Positions 11,950-23,827 of a stretch of 64,000 nucleotides of DNA are shown here, piece after piece. Position 1 is the first letter of the stretch; the number at the start of each line of letters is the position of its first letter. The translations under genes and the position numbers were made by a program. Under the pieces are notes generated by a model. That model made no database searches. It saw nothing but the letters and a program-made list of their open reading frames with translations, and was not told where the DNA came from. The DNA is from Leucoraja erinacea (Eukaryota), in assembly GCF_028641065.1 (NCBI RefSeq), contig NC_073405.1, forward strand, positions 15,066,001 through 15,130,000. Reading direction: 5' to 3'.

Positions 11950-13815
11950 TTTAAAATAGCCACAGAAAAATGTAAATATTTAGGAATTGAAATCACAAGA
12001 AACTATCACATTATGTTTAATGCCAATTATAGCCCCTTACTTAAGAAACTAAATAATCTAATCAAATTTTGGAAAACGCTCCCGATGTCTTTAATAGGTC
12101 GAATAAATGCTATAAAAATGATCTTTATACCACAAATCCTATATTTATTTCAATCAATTCCAATATATCTTCCAAAAAAGTTTTTCAAAAAACTAGACTC
12201 AGACATTACAAATTTTATATGGGATTAGAAATCCCACAGAATACAAAGAGCACACCTTAGTAAACCAAAAGAGATGGGTGGTCTAGCGCTCCCTAACTTT
12301 ATGTACTATAATTGGGCAGTAAATATTAAAAATATGATTCACCTGCTGGACACCTATGCCCAGCAGGTGGACTGGATTGTAATGGAGAGAGGACTGCTCT
12401 CCGTGTAATACAGGAGCGAATCTCCTCTCACCAATGAATCTGAATAACAAAAATTATAATAAAAATCCAACTTGGAAACAAATAAAACAGAATCTAAAAT
12501 TAAGAAATCTATCTCTTTTAATGCCAATAGTCAATAACCCGTTGTTTAAACCTTCAATTATAGATAAATCATTTACACAATGGGAAAGAATGGGAATCAA
12601 AACGCTCGGAGACTTGTATGAATTAGGAAAATTATTATCATTTCAACAATTACAACTGAAATATAATTTGAAAAATAATCAATATTTTAAATATCTTCAA
12701 ATCCGTGACTATCTGAAAAAATACACAAAAGACTATCATAACATGCCCCCAGACTTACTGGATGAAGCCATGAAGACAAAGGCTGAATCAGCAAATCTAA
12801 TATTATACTTATACAACATTATTTTAAATATAGAAATGCCTATAACCGATGGTATTAGAAGAGACTGGGAACAAGAACTAGCTATAAAAATTTCAAAAGA
12901 GAGCTGGGATAAACACTTACTATATGTGCATAAATGCTCGATCAACGTACGACATACTCTAATTCAATATAAAACATTACATAGACTATATTATTCAAAA
13001 ACTAACATAAATAAACTTTTCCCCAATGTCTCACCCATTTGTGATAAATGTCAGTCACAAGAAGCAACCATAGCGTACTCTTTTGTTTTTTGTATAAAAA
13101 TCCAAAAATTCTGGAACGAGATATTTGAAATCTTCACAAAATTATTTAAAATAAAACTTGTACCAAAAGCAGAATGGATCATTTTTGGAATATCGGAAGG
13201 TAACCCCGAATTAAACGCGTTTCAAAAGAACTTACTTAATTACGGGTTAATAATGGGAAAAAGGCTTATACACAAATTTTGGAAAAATGCTCCAATACCA
13301 ACAATAAAAATGTGGATTTCAAACATGTTCGAAACACTACACTTGGAAGAGATGAGACTCCTCCTAGCAGGCAAAGCAGACCACTTCCAAAAGACGTGGT
13401 CTGCATTTATGGAACTATTACAAGCATAAGGTGCAAAAGTAATTTAAAATATAAATGGTACCGGGATCTGGTAATGGGGGGCATAAAATAAATTAAAAAA
13501 AAACACGGTTGGTATATCCTTTTTTGCGGAGTTTTGTGTTACAATAGAGCGATTGTTTTTCCTTTTTTTTTCTTTTCTTTCTAGGGTCTTATTTCCTTTC
13601 TTTACTTCCTTCTCTAACTTCTTCCCTAAGGGGCTTTCTTTTCCCAACACGTTCCTGCACCTTCACGATTCTTGCTCACTTTCCTTACTTCTTTTATTTC
13701 TACCTTTTTTAAAGCTCGAAAAACGAAGTGGTACAACAAATGTAATAAGATATATGTGATGTGTATTACTGTAATTTACTGTACTTAAAATTAAAAAATA
13801 AATAAATAAATAGAA
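11950..13815 (+). mobile_element. L1-clade LINE, 5'-truncated ORF2 with frameshifts
   Basis: KYLGI, SLIGRINAIKM, LYLFQSIP, GGLALPNF motifs and a degenerate C-terminal knuckle (CDKC...C). T-rich 3' UTR and A-rich tail. Confidence 0.9.
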
Positions 13816-13855
13816 AAATATAAGCAAAACAATATGAAAAATATATTAGCATTAC

Positions 13856-14055
13856 CTGCTCTTGTTAGCAGAGCGGTGACAATTTTTGGACAAATAGTGA
13901 GTCTTTTCATGGTTGCGCAGTCCTGCCAATGCTTTAAAAAGTCGTGTACAATACTTGCAACGGTACCCTTCCATTGCAATATTCTGATTAACTGCAAACT
14001 TTGAATATTTTTTCTTCACACTATGATAGCAGCTTGATATTTTGTTTTCTGGGAC
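13856..14055 (-). CDS. ZNF462-like gene, coding exon 2 (200 nt, phase 0 to 2)
   Basis: Bounded by TTTCAG| and |GTAAT. Translates VPENKISS...EGYRCKYCTRLFKALAGLRNHEKTHYL, compare ZNF462 GLRSHERSH. Open in the frame required by the upstream exon. Confidence 0.85.
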
Positions 14056-14405
14056 CTGAAATTATTGAAGAGAAATAATGTATAATGAACCAATGGAAAT
14101 GTAGGGATGATTTACTTGTACTTCTAATTTCATTAATATCTGCCGTTTAATATTCCCCTAACATAATTTTTTGCTCTACTTTGTGACTTTTTACATTTTA
14201 TATTTAAAGAATGAATTACTCATTTTGAACTATAACTGGGTTCTAAAATTTGTATTTCTTCCAGAAAACAATTTGCTACCATTTCAAATATTAGGTGACT
14301 GGTGCACTGTCATAAAATCTAAAAATAAGCCATATATACTGGCATAATATTAGCTTTTGTTGCTAATAAAGATGTTTTACACTATCTGAACAAGTAAATC
14401 TGCCA

Positions 14406-14611
14406 TAAGGTAGACAGTTAATGCTGGAGTAACTCAGCGTGAAAGGCAGCATCTCTGGAGAGAACGAATGGGTGGCGTTTCGGGTCGGGTCGGGTCACGA
14501 CCCGAATCGTTACCTATTCCTTCTCTTCAGAAATGCTGCCTGTTCACCTGAGTTACTCCAGTATTTTATGTCTACCTTCGATTTAAACCAGCATCTGCAG
14601 CTCTTTCTTAC
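14406..14611. mobile_element. Fold-back Penelope-derived mini-element with 16-bp TSD
   Basis: Two inverted terminal-repeat segments flanked by ACAAGTAAATCTGCCA at 14390-14405 and 14612-14627. Confidence 0.85.
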
Positions 14612-14820
14612 ACAAGTAAATCTGCCACATAATTGCCTGAAAATATCAAAGGCAAACTGTCAAATATGAATTAAAAATACAGAAGATATGTACATTATCA
14701 AATGGAGACACCTGCTATGCAGAAGTAACTAAGTTTTATGAAAGAAAACAATTTAAATTCTATGCCATTTTCTTTCTGCGTGTCATACTAAAAATGATTT
14801 TTGGAGCCAGTAAACCCTAC

Positions 14821-17637
14821 CAGATTTCCTCGAAGGCACTGATCCTCAGCTTCTAGTATACATTTTTTGTCTGCCTCTTTATATTTCACTTTGTTCAAAG
14901 GATCGACAGTTCCACAGAAAAGATCTCTGCTGTCAACATTTTGCTCTTCTGGCATCACGACATTACAACCCAAGTGCTCACTCTCACGTCTGCTCAATGT
15001 GTGCTTTCCGAGATGAAATCTTGTCATATTCATTGAGTTTGCAGTCACAGGGAATGAATTGTCCAATTTTCTTTTTGGGATGCAGTTTTCATTTCCCAAT
15101 TTATCTCTGATTGGTATTGCTTTCACAAAGCAGTCACTTCCTTTGCAGCTGATCAATTCCAGTTTCTCAGCATTACTACATTTTAAAGGGATATCTGCAT
15201 CTATCTTACTCTCTGTATATATTCTCCTGTCCATCACAGCATTAACATTTTCACTTCCATTCTCTCTTAAAGTTTTTATTTCATCAAATGGATGAAAATT
15301 AGTTATATTTAAGTTGGTCTTTTTGCACTCGATTGTGCACTTATTTTGAGAATAAAATTTGAAGTGTCGTATTTTATAATGGAACAAAAGTTTTTTTTGA
15401 GTGATAGCTTTAAAAGAGCATAATATACATATTTGTTTTTCCATACTAGCTTTCAGCTCTTCATTACTGGTTATCAGAGAGCCAAGCTCATCGTGACCTT
15501 TTCCATAATATCTATGTGGAGGCTCAATATTATGAAACACGAGATAATGATTAACGAGTCCTTCCCGAATTATATGAGTGAACATGCACAAAGCACATTT
15601 GAAAATAATTTCAGAGTCTTCAAGTTGAGCATAAGTAATACTGCGCTTGATGCAATGGTGTCTACAAATAACTCGCCTTGAAGAGCAGGCAAAATTACAG
15701 ACCTGGCACTCAAATACCAATTGTGGCTCACTGTTGGAGGTTGAAAGGGATGATAATTGTCCTCTGCCCTGCAGGTAGTTGACATTTTGACTCTTTGGTT
15801 CTTTCTTGGACAGGTGACTACTTTGGTAATGCTCAAATAAAGAAAACCAGTCCCCACTGTATGAACAGTGCTTGCAGAAACATATCTTAGAAGATGCATC
15901 CAAGCAAGGGAGAGTTGGATCAGAAGATTCTGAGTCAACCAAAAATACATCATGCAGAGACAAGCAAAAATTCCTCTTTGTCAGCATGTTTAACTTATGG
16001 CTATAATTATGAATCTTTTTACAGGACATTTCCTCTTCAGAATGTTGTTCCTGAGAGTGTAAAAAGACATAGCTGATGTTAGCACTTGAAAAAGGGCAAA
16101 TGTTGCACTTATACATGCGTGTGTAAACATTTCCTAGTTTTCTTTTATTACTTGATGTAGAATACATCTTGCTCTCATCTACTGATTTTGTTAACTGTTC
16201 ACCCAAATTATAAATTTTGCAAGCATTTAAATTTGCCCTTTTAACATTATCATCTGTATCAGATAACACAACTTCAATTTCAGCTACTGTGTCAATGAAA
16301 CAATTGTCACCATACATGGGAAACTCCACCGCTTTTTCAATCTTCTGTTGGTTTAAGAAGCTATAGGCCTCCAGCATCCACTTAGCCTGTTGTTCCTCTG
16401 TTGTTCTACAATATGGAATAGTTTGTTTACGCCTCGCACTTCGATCATTTAGCAGGGATACTACAGGCATGCGTTTGATTGGCAGTATCCTGCGTTTTTT
16501 CAGATTTTTCACTATGTCTTCCAAAGCCAGACATTTACTAGAAGCTGGATTAACACAGTACAAGTCATTTTCATTGGTCTTCTTCTTAGGAGTCATTATG
16601 GTTGAAAAGTATAAAGGTGTACCAATAAAATCTCGAGCCATTTCTGGAACTGCATTAATATCTGAATAACCGAAACAAGGTACTGAAAATTGCATCTGAT
16701 CATTAATCTGAAGCAACAAAGATGTCTCACAATTTCGGTCAATGTCCTCCTTACTTAAATAACTACTTGATTCATTATTATCCAACTTACTACTGTAAAC
16801 AAATGGTTCTGCGATGGAGGATGCCAAATTTTTATTTTCATTTTTTATGCTCATATCTGGTGTATTTACAGTGAAATCATTTCCTACCGATGATAATATG
16901 TAGCTGTTCGATGATAATTTTTTTGACATGCATCGCTTATTACAAAGCTTTAGTGCTCTTAAACCTTTGGAAAAACGAACACTGCTTTTAAGTTTTCGCT
17001 TTCCACTGGGGTTAAAATGGACATTTCTAACATGACGCAGGATGCAATTATGGAACAAAGTGTGAAATCGACAAAGAATACAATGAAATAAACATAGTCG
17101 TTTTATATAGAGCAAAGTTTGTTTTTCATATTTTAACATTTTGTTTGGGTTTCTTTGTCCAAATGTAAGTTGGGTTATAGATTCCTCTGGCATGTTCTTT
17201 GAAGACTTGTAACCATCACATTTTCCAGTGATACTTGAAATATTTTTTCTGACACTGTGTTGATACTCAGATCTAACTGTCTTTATTTTCTTCACAATTG
17301 CCTTTATTTTCAGAGACTCGTTGTTGGATGAATTAATTTGAGAATTCAAGCAACTGTTTCTTGTTCCAAAGCACTGCAGCCCTTTTGAAGAGGCTGAGAT
17401 TTCTTTACTTAATTTAAAGTGGCTGTGCTGCTCCTTTGTATGATCTTCAAAGCACTGCTTGTTAAATGCATAATATCCACACCACATGCACAATATTTTA
17501 TCACTTTCTATTATTGGTTTTCTATTTAATTCTAGTTTTATCCCAGCTTCAGATGACTTATCTAGATTAATCTGTTTAGATGAACTATCCTGTGCTTTGT
17601 CAGATGTAACAAGAAAGTAATCTTCAGACAACTCCAT
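14821..17637 (-). CDS. ZNF462-like C2H2 zinc-finger protein, large first coding exon (939 codons)
   Basis: Part of a 949-aa ORF with several C2H2 fingers. VFECQVCNFACSSRRVICRH...FKCALCMFTHIIREGLVNHY...EELKASMEKQICILCSFKA aligns by eye with ZNF462 VFRCQLCKYFCSTRKGIARHY...FKCALCAYTNPIRKGLAAHY...EELRRAVEKKKCSLCSFQS. Phase-0 donor CTG|GTAGGG at 14821/14820. The start ATG at 17637 is assumed; a possible acceptor lies at 17652. Confidence 0.9.
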
Positions 17638-18349
17638 TCCCTTAGTTATTTCTGAAATATTTTCATAAGGTTATGTATGACCAAAATATTTTATTCTCAA
17701 TTCATCAGCATTGGCAGCCCACAAGTGTGAATAACATTAATGGTATCCTTTACAAATGATCCAGTTCTGATTACTTGTTGGAAAACCAGTGTTTCCTTTC
17801 ACTATCATGGTGCAATATTATACACATTTATTTCCTGCTTGCAAGCACATTTCACGTTAGCATGTAATTTACAATCAAAAGTAGAAGTCTGTTCAATTGA
17901 ATATTCTTGTTTTGTCATTTTGTTTTTAAACAGTGCCACAAAAGATATTCATATTTTCTTTGAAAGCTAAGTATCCATTCTTATCGTGACATTGCTGACC
18001 ATTGACGCAGTCAGTTGATTGTTATTTTGATTGCTGTGAATAAATTCTTCAACATCTCCGCTGAAGGTATCTTTGTTCCAAAATATAAAGTTTTCTCCTA
18101 TAAACAGTAAGAGATAAAAAATTACAATAAATCACAAAGTCACACAGCACCTGCAGTGCATCCGTTTTAATTATTCTTTCCTGATTGCAGTAAAGATGGG
18201 GGGGAAAGATAGATAGGATAATGGGAATTTCTCTGATAGGGCAAGGCCAAGGTGGCCATAGGGATAATTTGTTGACATCATCTGACTCATTAATGGAGGT
18301 AATTGGTACATATAAAAAGGTAAAATGCAGGGCCATAGGATATGTCCAG

Positions 18350-19340
18350 TAGATCAACCAATGCTACTGGAGAAAAAAAAACTAAGCTAATATCACAGAT
18401 GGAAGTGGTCAGTTCTGAATCGGACAGAAAGTTTAGATATCAGAGTTGTAGATTTCAATAATGTGATTGGAAGAGTACAATGTGCCCAGATTGTAAACAA
18501 AATGCTGTTCATCAACCTTAGGCTGGATTTGATAACAGCCCAAGACGCAACAAACAGCTCGGTTGGAGTAGAAGTGAGATGGAGATTTAAAGTGGCAGGC
18601 AACAGGAAGCACTAGATCACCTCTCCAGACGTAATGCAAGTGCGCTACAAAATGGTCACCAAATATGCATTTTGCTTCTCGTACTGCAGACCACATTGCG
18701 AACACCAAATGCAGTACATCAGAAGTACAGTGCTTCATCTGGAAGGTTTTGATCCCTTCCCTAGGAAAGGAAAATATGAGAGGATGAGTGTTATATCTCC
18801 TGAGATTGCATGGGGAAAGTGTGTGAGAAGGAAAGTAAATGGTGGAGATGGAAGAATAAACCAGAGAAAGGGAACTGCCCCTTTGTAATGCTGAAAGTGG
18901 ACAGGAATGGGACATGTGGCGATTGATGGAATCTCATTGAAGTTGGCAGACATTATAAAGGATAATCCTTTGAATTTGGGGACCAATAGTATAGAAAATT
19001 AGATGCAAGGTAACTCAATCCTCTGTCCAGGAACTAAGTTTCAGGGAGGCATCTCAAAGGCAGCTGTGAGGAAAGTCCCCTCATTGAAGCAGAAATAACG
19101 AAACATGGAGAATGGAATAATCTCCACATTGGAGATGGGATGAGAGGAAGCATTGTCAAGATAGTTGTCGGAGTCCACGGACTAAGTAAAGAATGTTTGT
19201 CACTATCCTATTCCGTGATAAAGATAGTGCAAGAAAGGACTCATGGAAATTAGGCAACATGGAAAATGGCAGCAAAAATAATGAAGGCTAAGTTCTGTAC
19301 GAGTACAGAAAGCAATACCAATGCAGTTGATGTATCAGAA
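18350..19340 (-). mobile_element. Old Penelope-like element fragment
   Basis: Degenerate GIY-YIG C-terminal motifs (GDHFVAHL...LPVACHF..PSH; KVDEQHFVYNLGTL). Confidence 0.75.
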
Positions 19341-19626
19341 AGAGTTTAGGTAAGGGGCCCCAAGTAGCAATGAAACAAAGACTGGAGACATAAGCGATAG
19401 CAATGTAGAATTCACCTATCCATCATCCTGCTCTTATCTGGTTTTATTTAGCACCGTCCATCCACCTTCCCCCACAGCTCCATTTGCTCTTTTTTTATTT
19501 TCTTTATCCGTTTACACATATCACCCTCCAAACTATCTCTAAATTTCCCTCTCCTCCACCTGTCCATCTGACCATCATCCACCACCTCACCTGGTTCCTC
19601 ACCTTCCAGCCCGTTTTACTCCTCTC

Positions 19627-19860
19627 CATAGAAACATAGAAATTAGGTGCAGGAGTAGGCCATTCGGCCCTTCGAGCCTGCACCACCATTCAATATGATC
19701 ATGGCTGCTCATCCAACTCAGTATCCCGCACCTGCCTTCTCTCCATACCCTCTGATCCCCTTGGCCACATCTAACTCCCTCTTAAATATAGCCAATGAAC
19801 TGGCCTCAACTACCCTCTGTGGCAGAGAGTTCCAGAGATTCACCACTCTCTGTGTGAAAG
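19627..19860 (-). mobile_element. CR1-type LINE 3' end
   Basis: CATAGAAACATAGAAA tail and AGGCCATTCGGCCC 3' motif in reverse orientation. Confidence 0.8.
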
Positions 19861-20066
19861 TCCATCACTTCTTTAAACGGACTATCTTCCCTCTACATCC
19901 CCAATCCCGATGTAAGGTTTTGACCAAAAAATGTTGATCCACCTTTTGCCTCCACAGGTGTTGCATTCCTTATCCACTATTCGGACATGATAGTAAGTAC
20001 AAAATTCCACTTTACTTTGCCATCCAATCGCTTCAATGCAACGACTGGATCTATTTTTACAGTGTA

Positions 20067-20276
20067 TGCCCGTCTCACTTAGGACACCTGAACGGAAACC
20101 TCTGGAGACTTTGCGCCCCACCCAAGGTTTCTATGCGGTTCCCGGAGGTTTTTGTCAGTCTCCCTACCTGCAACCTCCGGCAACCACCTGCAACCTCCGG
20201 GAACCGCACGGAAACATTGGGTGGGGCGCAAAGTCTCCAGAGGTTTCTGTTCAGGTTTCCTAAGTGGGACAGGGTA
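20067..20276. mobile_element. Palindromic MITE (Harbinger-like ends)
   Basis: Inverted arms of about 80 bp: (G)CCCGTCTCACTTAGG...GGAGACTTTGCGCCCCACCCAA vs TTGGGTGGGGCGCAAAGTCTCC...CCTAAGTGGGACAGGG. Confidence 0.8.
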
Positions 20277-20599
20277 ACTAGCCGCTAGCTAAAGCTATTC
20301 TTAGCGTACTTCAGCGGTGAAGTGCCTTGAATCAATGTCGAGGATTCCAGAACAATTCCTCCACTTGACAAACTCTTTTAATTTTCCGAGTCGCCCACCG
20401 CCACCTTTATATCAATATGTTAGTTGAAATGTTTTCATATAACAGAACGGCTAAGCAATGTTGGAGTGCCAGGTTCTTCAATAGGCGAAGATATCTTAAA
20501 TCAGTTAAGATTTTGCGAGTGTGACTCATTTAGAAAAAAAAACAGGATTGGGCCCAAAGGGGAAACCAACCTGCGCCCTTTCCAAAAAAAAGCGGTAAC

Positions 20600-20900
20600 T
20601 CTTAGAATGCTGTCAACTGGCTCCCACCTTCTGGAAGATTCATCCCAACCGACGAGTCAGGCGGTTATGGCGACGGCTCAGCTTGCTGAAAACCACCATC
20701 CATTGACTCATATTTTTACCTCACAGCCACCACTCGACGGCGCGGTCGCTCGCACACCCGCCTCCAGCACGCTCAGGCCTTGCCCTCAACGTCCGTTTGC
20801 TCGAGCCCATGAATCGCACAACCCCGAGCTAAAGAGACTGTCATGCGCAGGTCCAATAACTGCTCGGGGAGCTGAGACCAAACTTATAGCAAGGATCTTT
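20600..20900 (-). promoter_or_regulatory. Candidate CpG-rich promoter and non-coding first exon of the ZNF462-like gene
   Basis: Local CpG-rich patch that I do not recognise as a repeat, about 3 kb upstream of the ATG. Minus-strand donor-like GTGAG|GTAAAA at 20720/20719 and a CCAAT at about 20853. Confidence 0.5.
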
Positions 20901-21054
20901 GACTGAGACCAGATCTTTGGCTGAGACCCCGTCAATTAATGTTGTGGGCGAGGCTCCACCAAGACGGAAAGCGGGATAAGCTAAGATGGTGGGGAACATG
21001 GCTGATGGGAGAAAGAGAGGTAAGACCGTATGATATAAACGAGGCATGAATATT

Positions 21055-21335
21055 AATTTTTCTAACCAAGTAACCCTTGCTCTCCGTCCCAACCCACACT
21101 AGTTCTCCGACTAGTTTCACTGCCTTCCTGAGTATTTTTATTGTGTGTGCCTCGTTGTCAGCTTCCCCATAGCCAACAATGAACCATTCTACATTTCCTT
21201 GAGCATTGTATGCTTTGATCTGTCCTTTTCACACCTTAAATTCACTTTGTACCCTTTCATATCTCTAGTCTCCCTCTTCCCCGACTCTGAAGAATGGTCT
21301 CGATCCGAAACGTCACCTATTTCTTTTCTCCAGCC
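21055..21335 (+). mobile_element. Penelope-like terminal repeat fragment with hammerhead-like core
   Basis: CTGAAGA-ATGGTCTCGATCC-GAAA-CGTC at 21287-21314, embedded in the same repeat family as 49250-49540. Confidence 0.75.
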
Positions 21336-21714
21336 ATCTGGTTGCCATCTGGATCTCAATGTCTGAAAGGATGGTCAAGATTTAAAAAAAAAATCTTTTG
21401 TACAGTATTTGGATGTGGTCTTGAAGAACTCTAAAATTCAAGATTGCATTTCAAGTGATGGATGGTGAGATTATTTGAGGTAGTTCCTTCTCAATTAAGG
21501 GATGTTGGGGGTGAGGGGAATTGATTGTCCTACATCATGTTTTTTTCTGATGGACTACAGTAAAATGTTCTTTAGTTATATTAAAAAATAGAAAAAATGG
21601 TTTTGGATTTGGGCCATTCACCGCCTTGCACTTTTCAATTGATGGGTACTATACAAAACTCAACATGATTTTGCAAAGATTCAATCTGTGCCTGACCCAT
21701 CTTTCAGCAGTGAA

Positions 21715-22110
21715 TAGTAGTAGGCCCCTCTCGGTCATGACTGATGGTCATGCATGGTGGTGATGCATCCTAGTTGTGCAGGTGATGTGTAGTCGGATAC
21801 AAGACAGGCTGTTCCCCATGCAGCACATCCCCCCTCTCCATGTCGCTGATCGATCCAAAGGAACAGCAGGGCCGTTACAGTTTGGCACCAGCGCCGTCGC
21901 AGGAGCTGTCAGAGCGAGGTTGTAGACAACAACGAACTGCCTTAGGGGCTCCGACTCCAGACTCCATGAGTGGATATGGCCACAAGGCAGTGGAGGTTTT
22001 AAATTGGAGCTTTCCCTCTCCTAGATGGACTGCCTTCCTAGGCTGACGAGCCCCATCTGCCCGAGACTCGTGGGGGCGGGAGTGTCTACCTTCCCGTGCA
22101 GGTATATAGC
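21715..22110 (-). mobile_element. RTE-related non-autonomous retroposon (tentative)
   Basis: Minus strand resembles RTE-clade 5' UTRs (GGGCAGATGGGGCTCGTCAGCC...GGAGAGGGAAA..AAACCTCC) and ends in a short (CTA)n tail. Recognised by eye only. Confidence 0.5.
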
Positions 22111-22179
22111 TCAGCAGTGAACAACAGAACAAAATACATAGTGTGGTCTGCCTCACTGATTTAGATCAAAGGCTGCATG

Positions 22180-23795
22180 CAATGCCCTCCACAATGTTTG
22201 GGACAAAGACCCAGAATTTATTTATTTGCCTCTGTACTCCACAATTTGAGATTTGTAATAGAAAACATCACATGTGGTTAAAGTGCACATTGACAGATGT
22301 TAATAAAGGCCATTTTTATACATTTTGGTTTCACTGTGTAGAAATTACAGCTGTGTTTATACATAGTGCCCCTGTTTCAGGGCACTATAATGTTTGGGAC
22401 ACAGCAATGTAATGTACATGAAAGTAGTAATGTTTAGTATTTTGTTGCATATCCTTTGCATGCAATGACTGCTTGAAGTCTGCGATTCGTGGACATCACC
22501 AGTTGCTGGGTGGCTTCTCTGGTGATGCTCCGCCATGCCTGTATTGCTTATACTTGTTTTGGGGGCTACTCCCATTCAGATTTCTCTTCAGCATATAAAA
22601 GGCATGCTCAATTGGGTTCAGATCAGGTGATTGACTTGGCCACTCAAGAATTGACCATTTTTTAGCTTTGAAAAACTCCTTTGTTGCTTTAGCAGTATGT
22701 TTGGGACCATTGTCTTGGTGTAGAATGAACCACCGGCCAATGAGTTTTGAGGCATTTGTTTGGACTTGAGCAGATAGGATGCTTCTATACACTTCAGAAT
22801 TTATTATGTTACTACCTTCAGCAGTTGTATCATCAATGAAGATAAGTGAGCCATACCTTCAGCAGCCATATATGCCCAGACCATAACACCCCCACCACCG
22901 TTTCACAGATGTGGTGGTATGCTTTTGATCTTGGGCAGTTCCTTCTCTCCTCTGTACTTTGCTCTTGCCATCACTCTGATATAAGTTCATCTTTGTCTCA
23001 TCTGTTCACAAGACCCTTTTCCAGAACTGTGGTTGCTCTTTTAAGTACTTTGTGGCAAACTGTAACCTGGCCATTATATTTTTGCAGCTAACCATTGTTT
23101 TGCATCTTGCAGTGAAGCCTCCGTATTTCTGTTTATGAAGTTTTCGGCGGACAAATCCGCACCCGACTCCTGAAGAGTTTCTGATCTGTCGGACAGGTGT
23201 TTGGGGATTTTTCTTTACTATAGAGATAATTCTTTGGTCATCAGCTGAGGAGGTCTTCATTGGCCTAACAGTCCCTTTGTGATTAGTAAGCTCACCAGTG
23301 CTCTCTTTCTTCTTAATGATGTTCCATACAGTTGATTTTGGTAAGCCTAAGGTTTGGCTGATGTATCTTAACAGTTTTATTGTTTCTCAGACTCACAATG
23401 GCTTCTTTGAATTTCATTGGCACAACTTTGATCCGCACATTGATAACAGCAATAAAAGTTTCCAAAGGTGATGGAAAGACAGGAGGAAAGACTAGGTGCT
23501 GCGAGCTCTCTTATACCTGCATTAAGGAGGCATTTAAATACACCTGACCAATTACAAACGCCTGTGAAGCCATGTGTCCCAAATATTATGGTGCCCTGAA
23601 ATGGGACTATGTACAAACACAGCTGTAATTTCTACATGGTGAAACCAAAATATATAAAAATACCCTTTAATAAAATCTGACAATGTGCACTTTAACCACG
23701 TGTGATTTCTTTTCTATTACAAATCTCAAATTGTGGAGTACAGAGGCAAATAAATAAATGATGGGTCTTTGTCGCAAACATTATGGAGGGCACTG
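22180..23795 (-). mobile_element. Near full-length decayed Tc1-like transposon with IR/DR-type long TIRs
   Basis: TIRs of about 220 bp with internal direct repeats. Transposase remnants HQDNGPKH...LEWPSQSPDLNPIEH (DD34E) and DDQRIISIVKKNP, with frameshifts. Confidence 0.93.
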
Positions 23796-23827
23796 TATAT
23801 ACTGTTTAAATAGTGATAGGATTTTAC

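Noticed and set aside
22040-22115. Possible HDV-like ribozyme at the 5' end of the RTE-like element
   Set aside because: RTE elements can carry one, but I could not fit the P1/P2/P3/P1.1 pseudoknot by eye. A covariance-model search would be needed.
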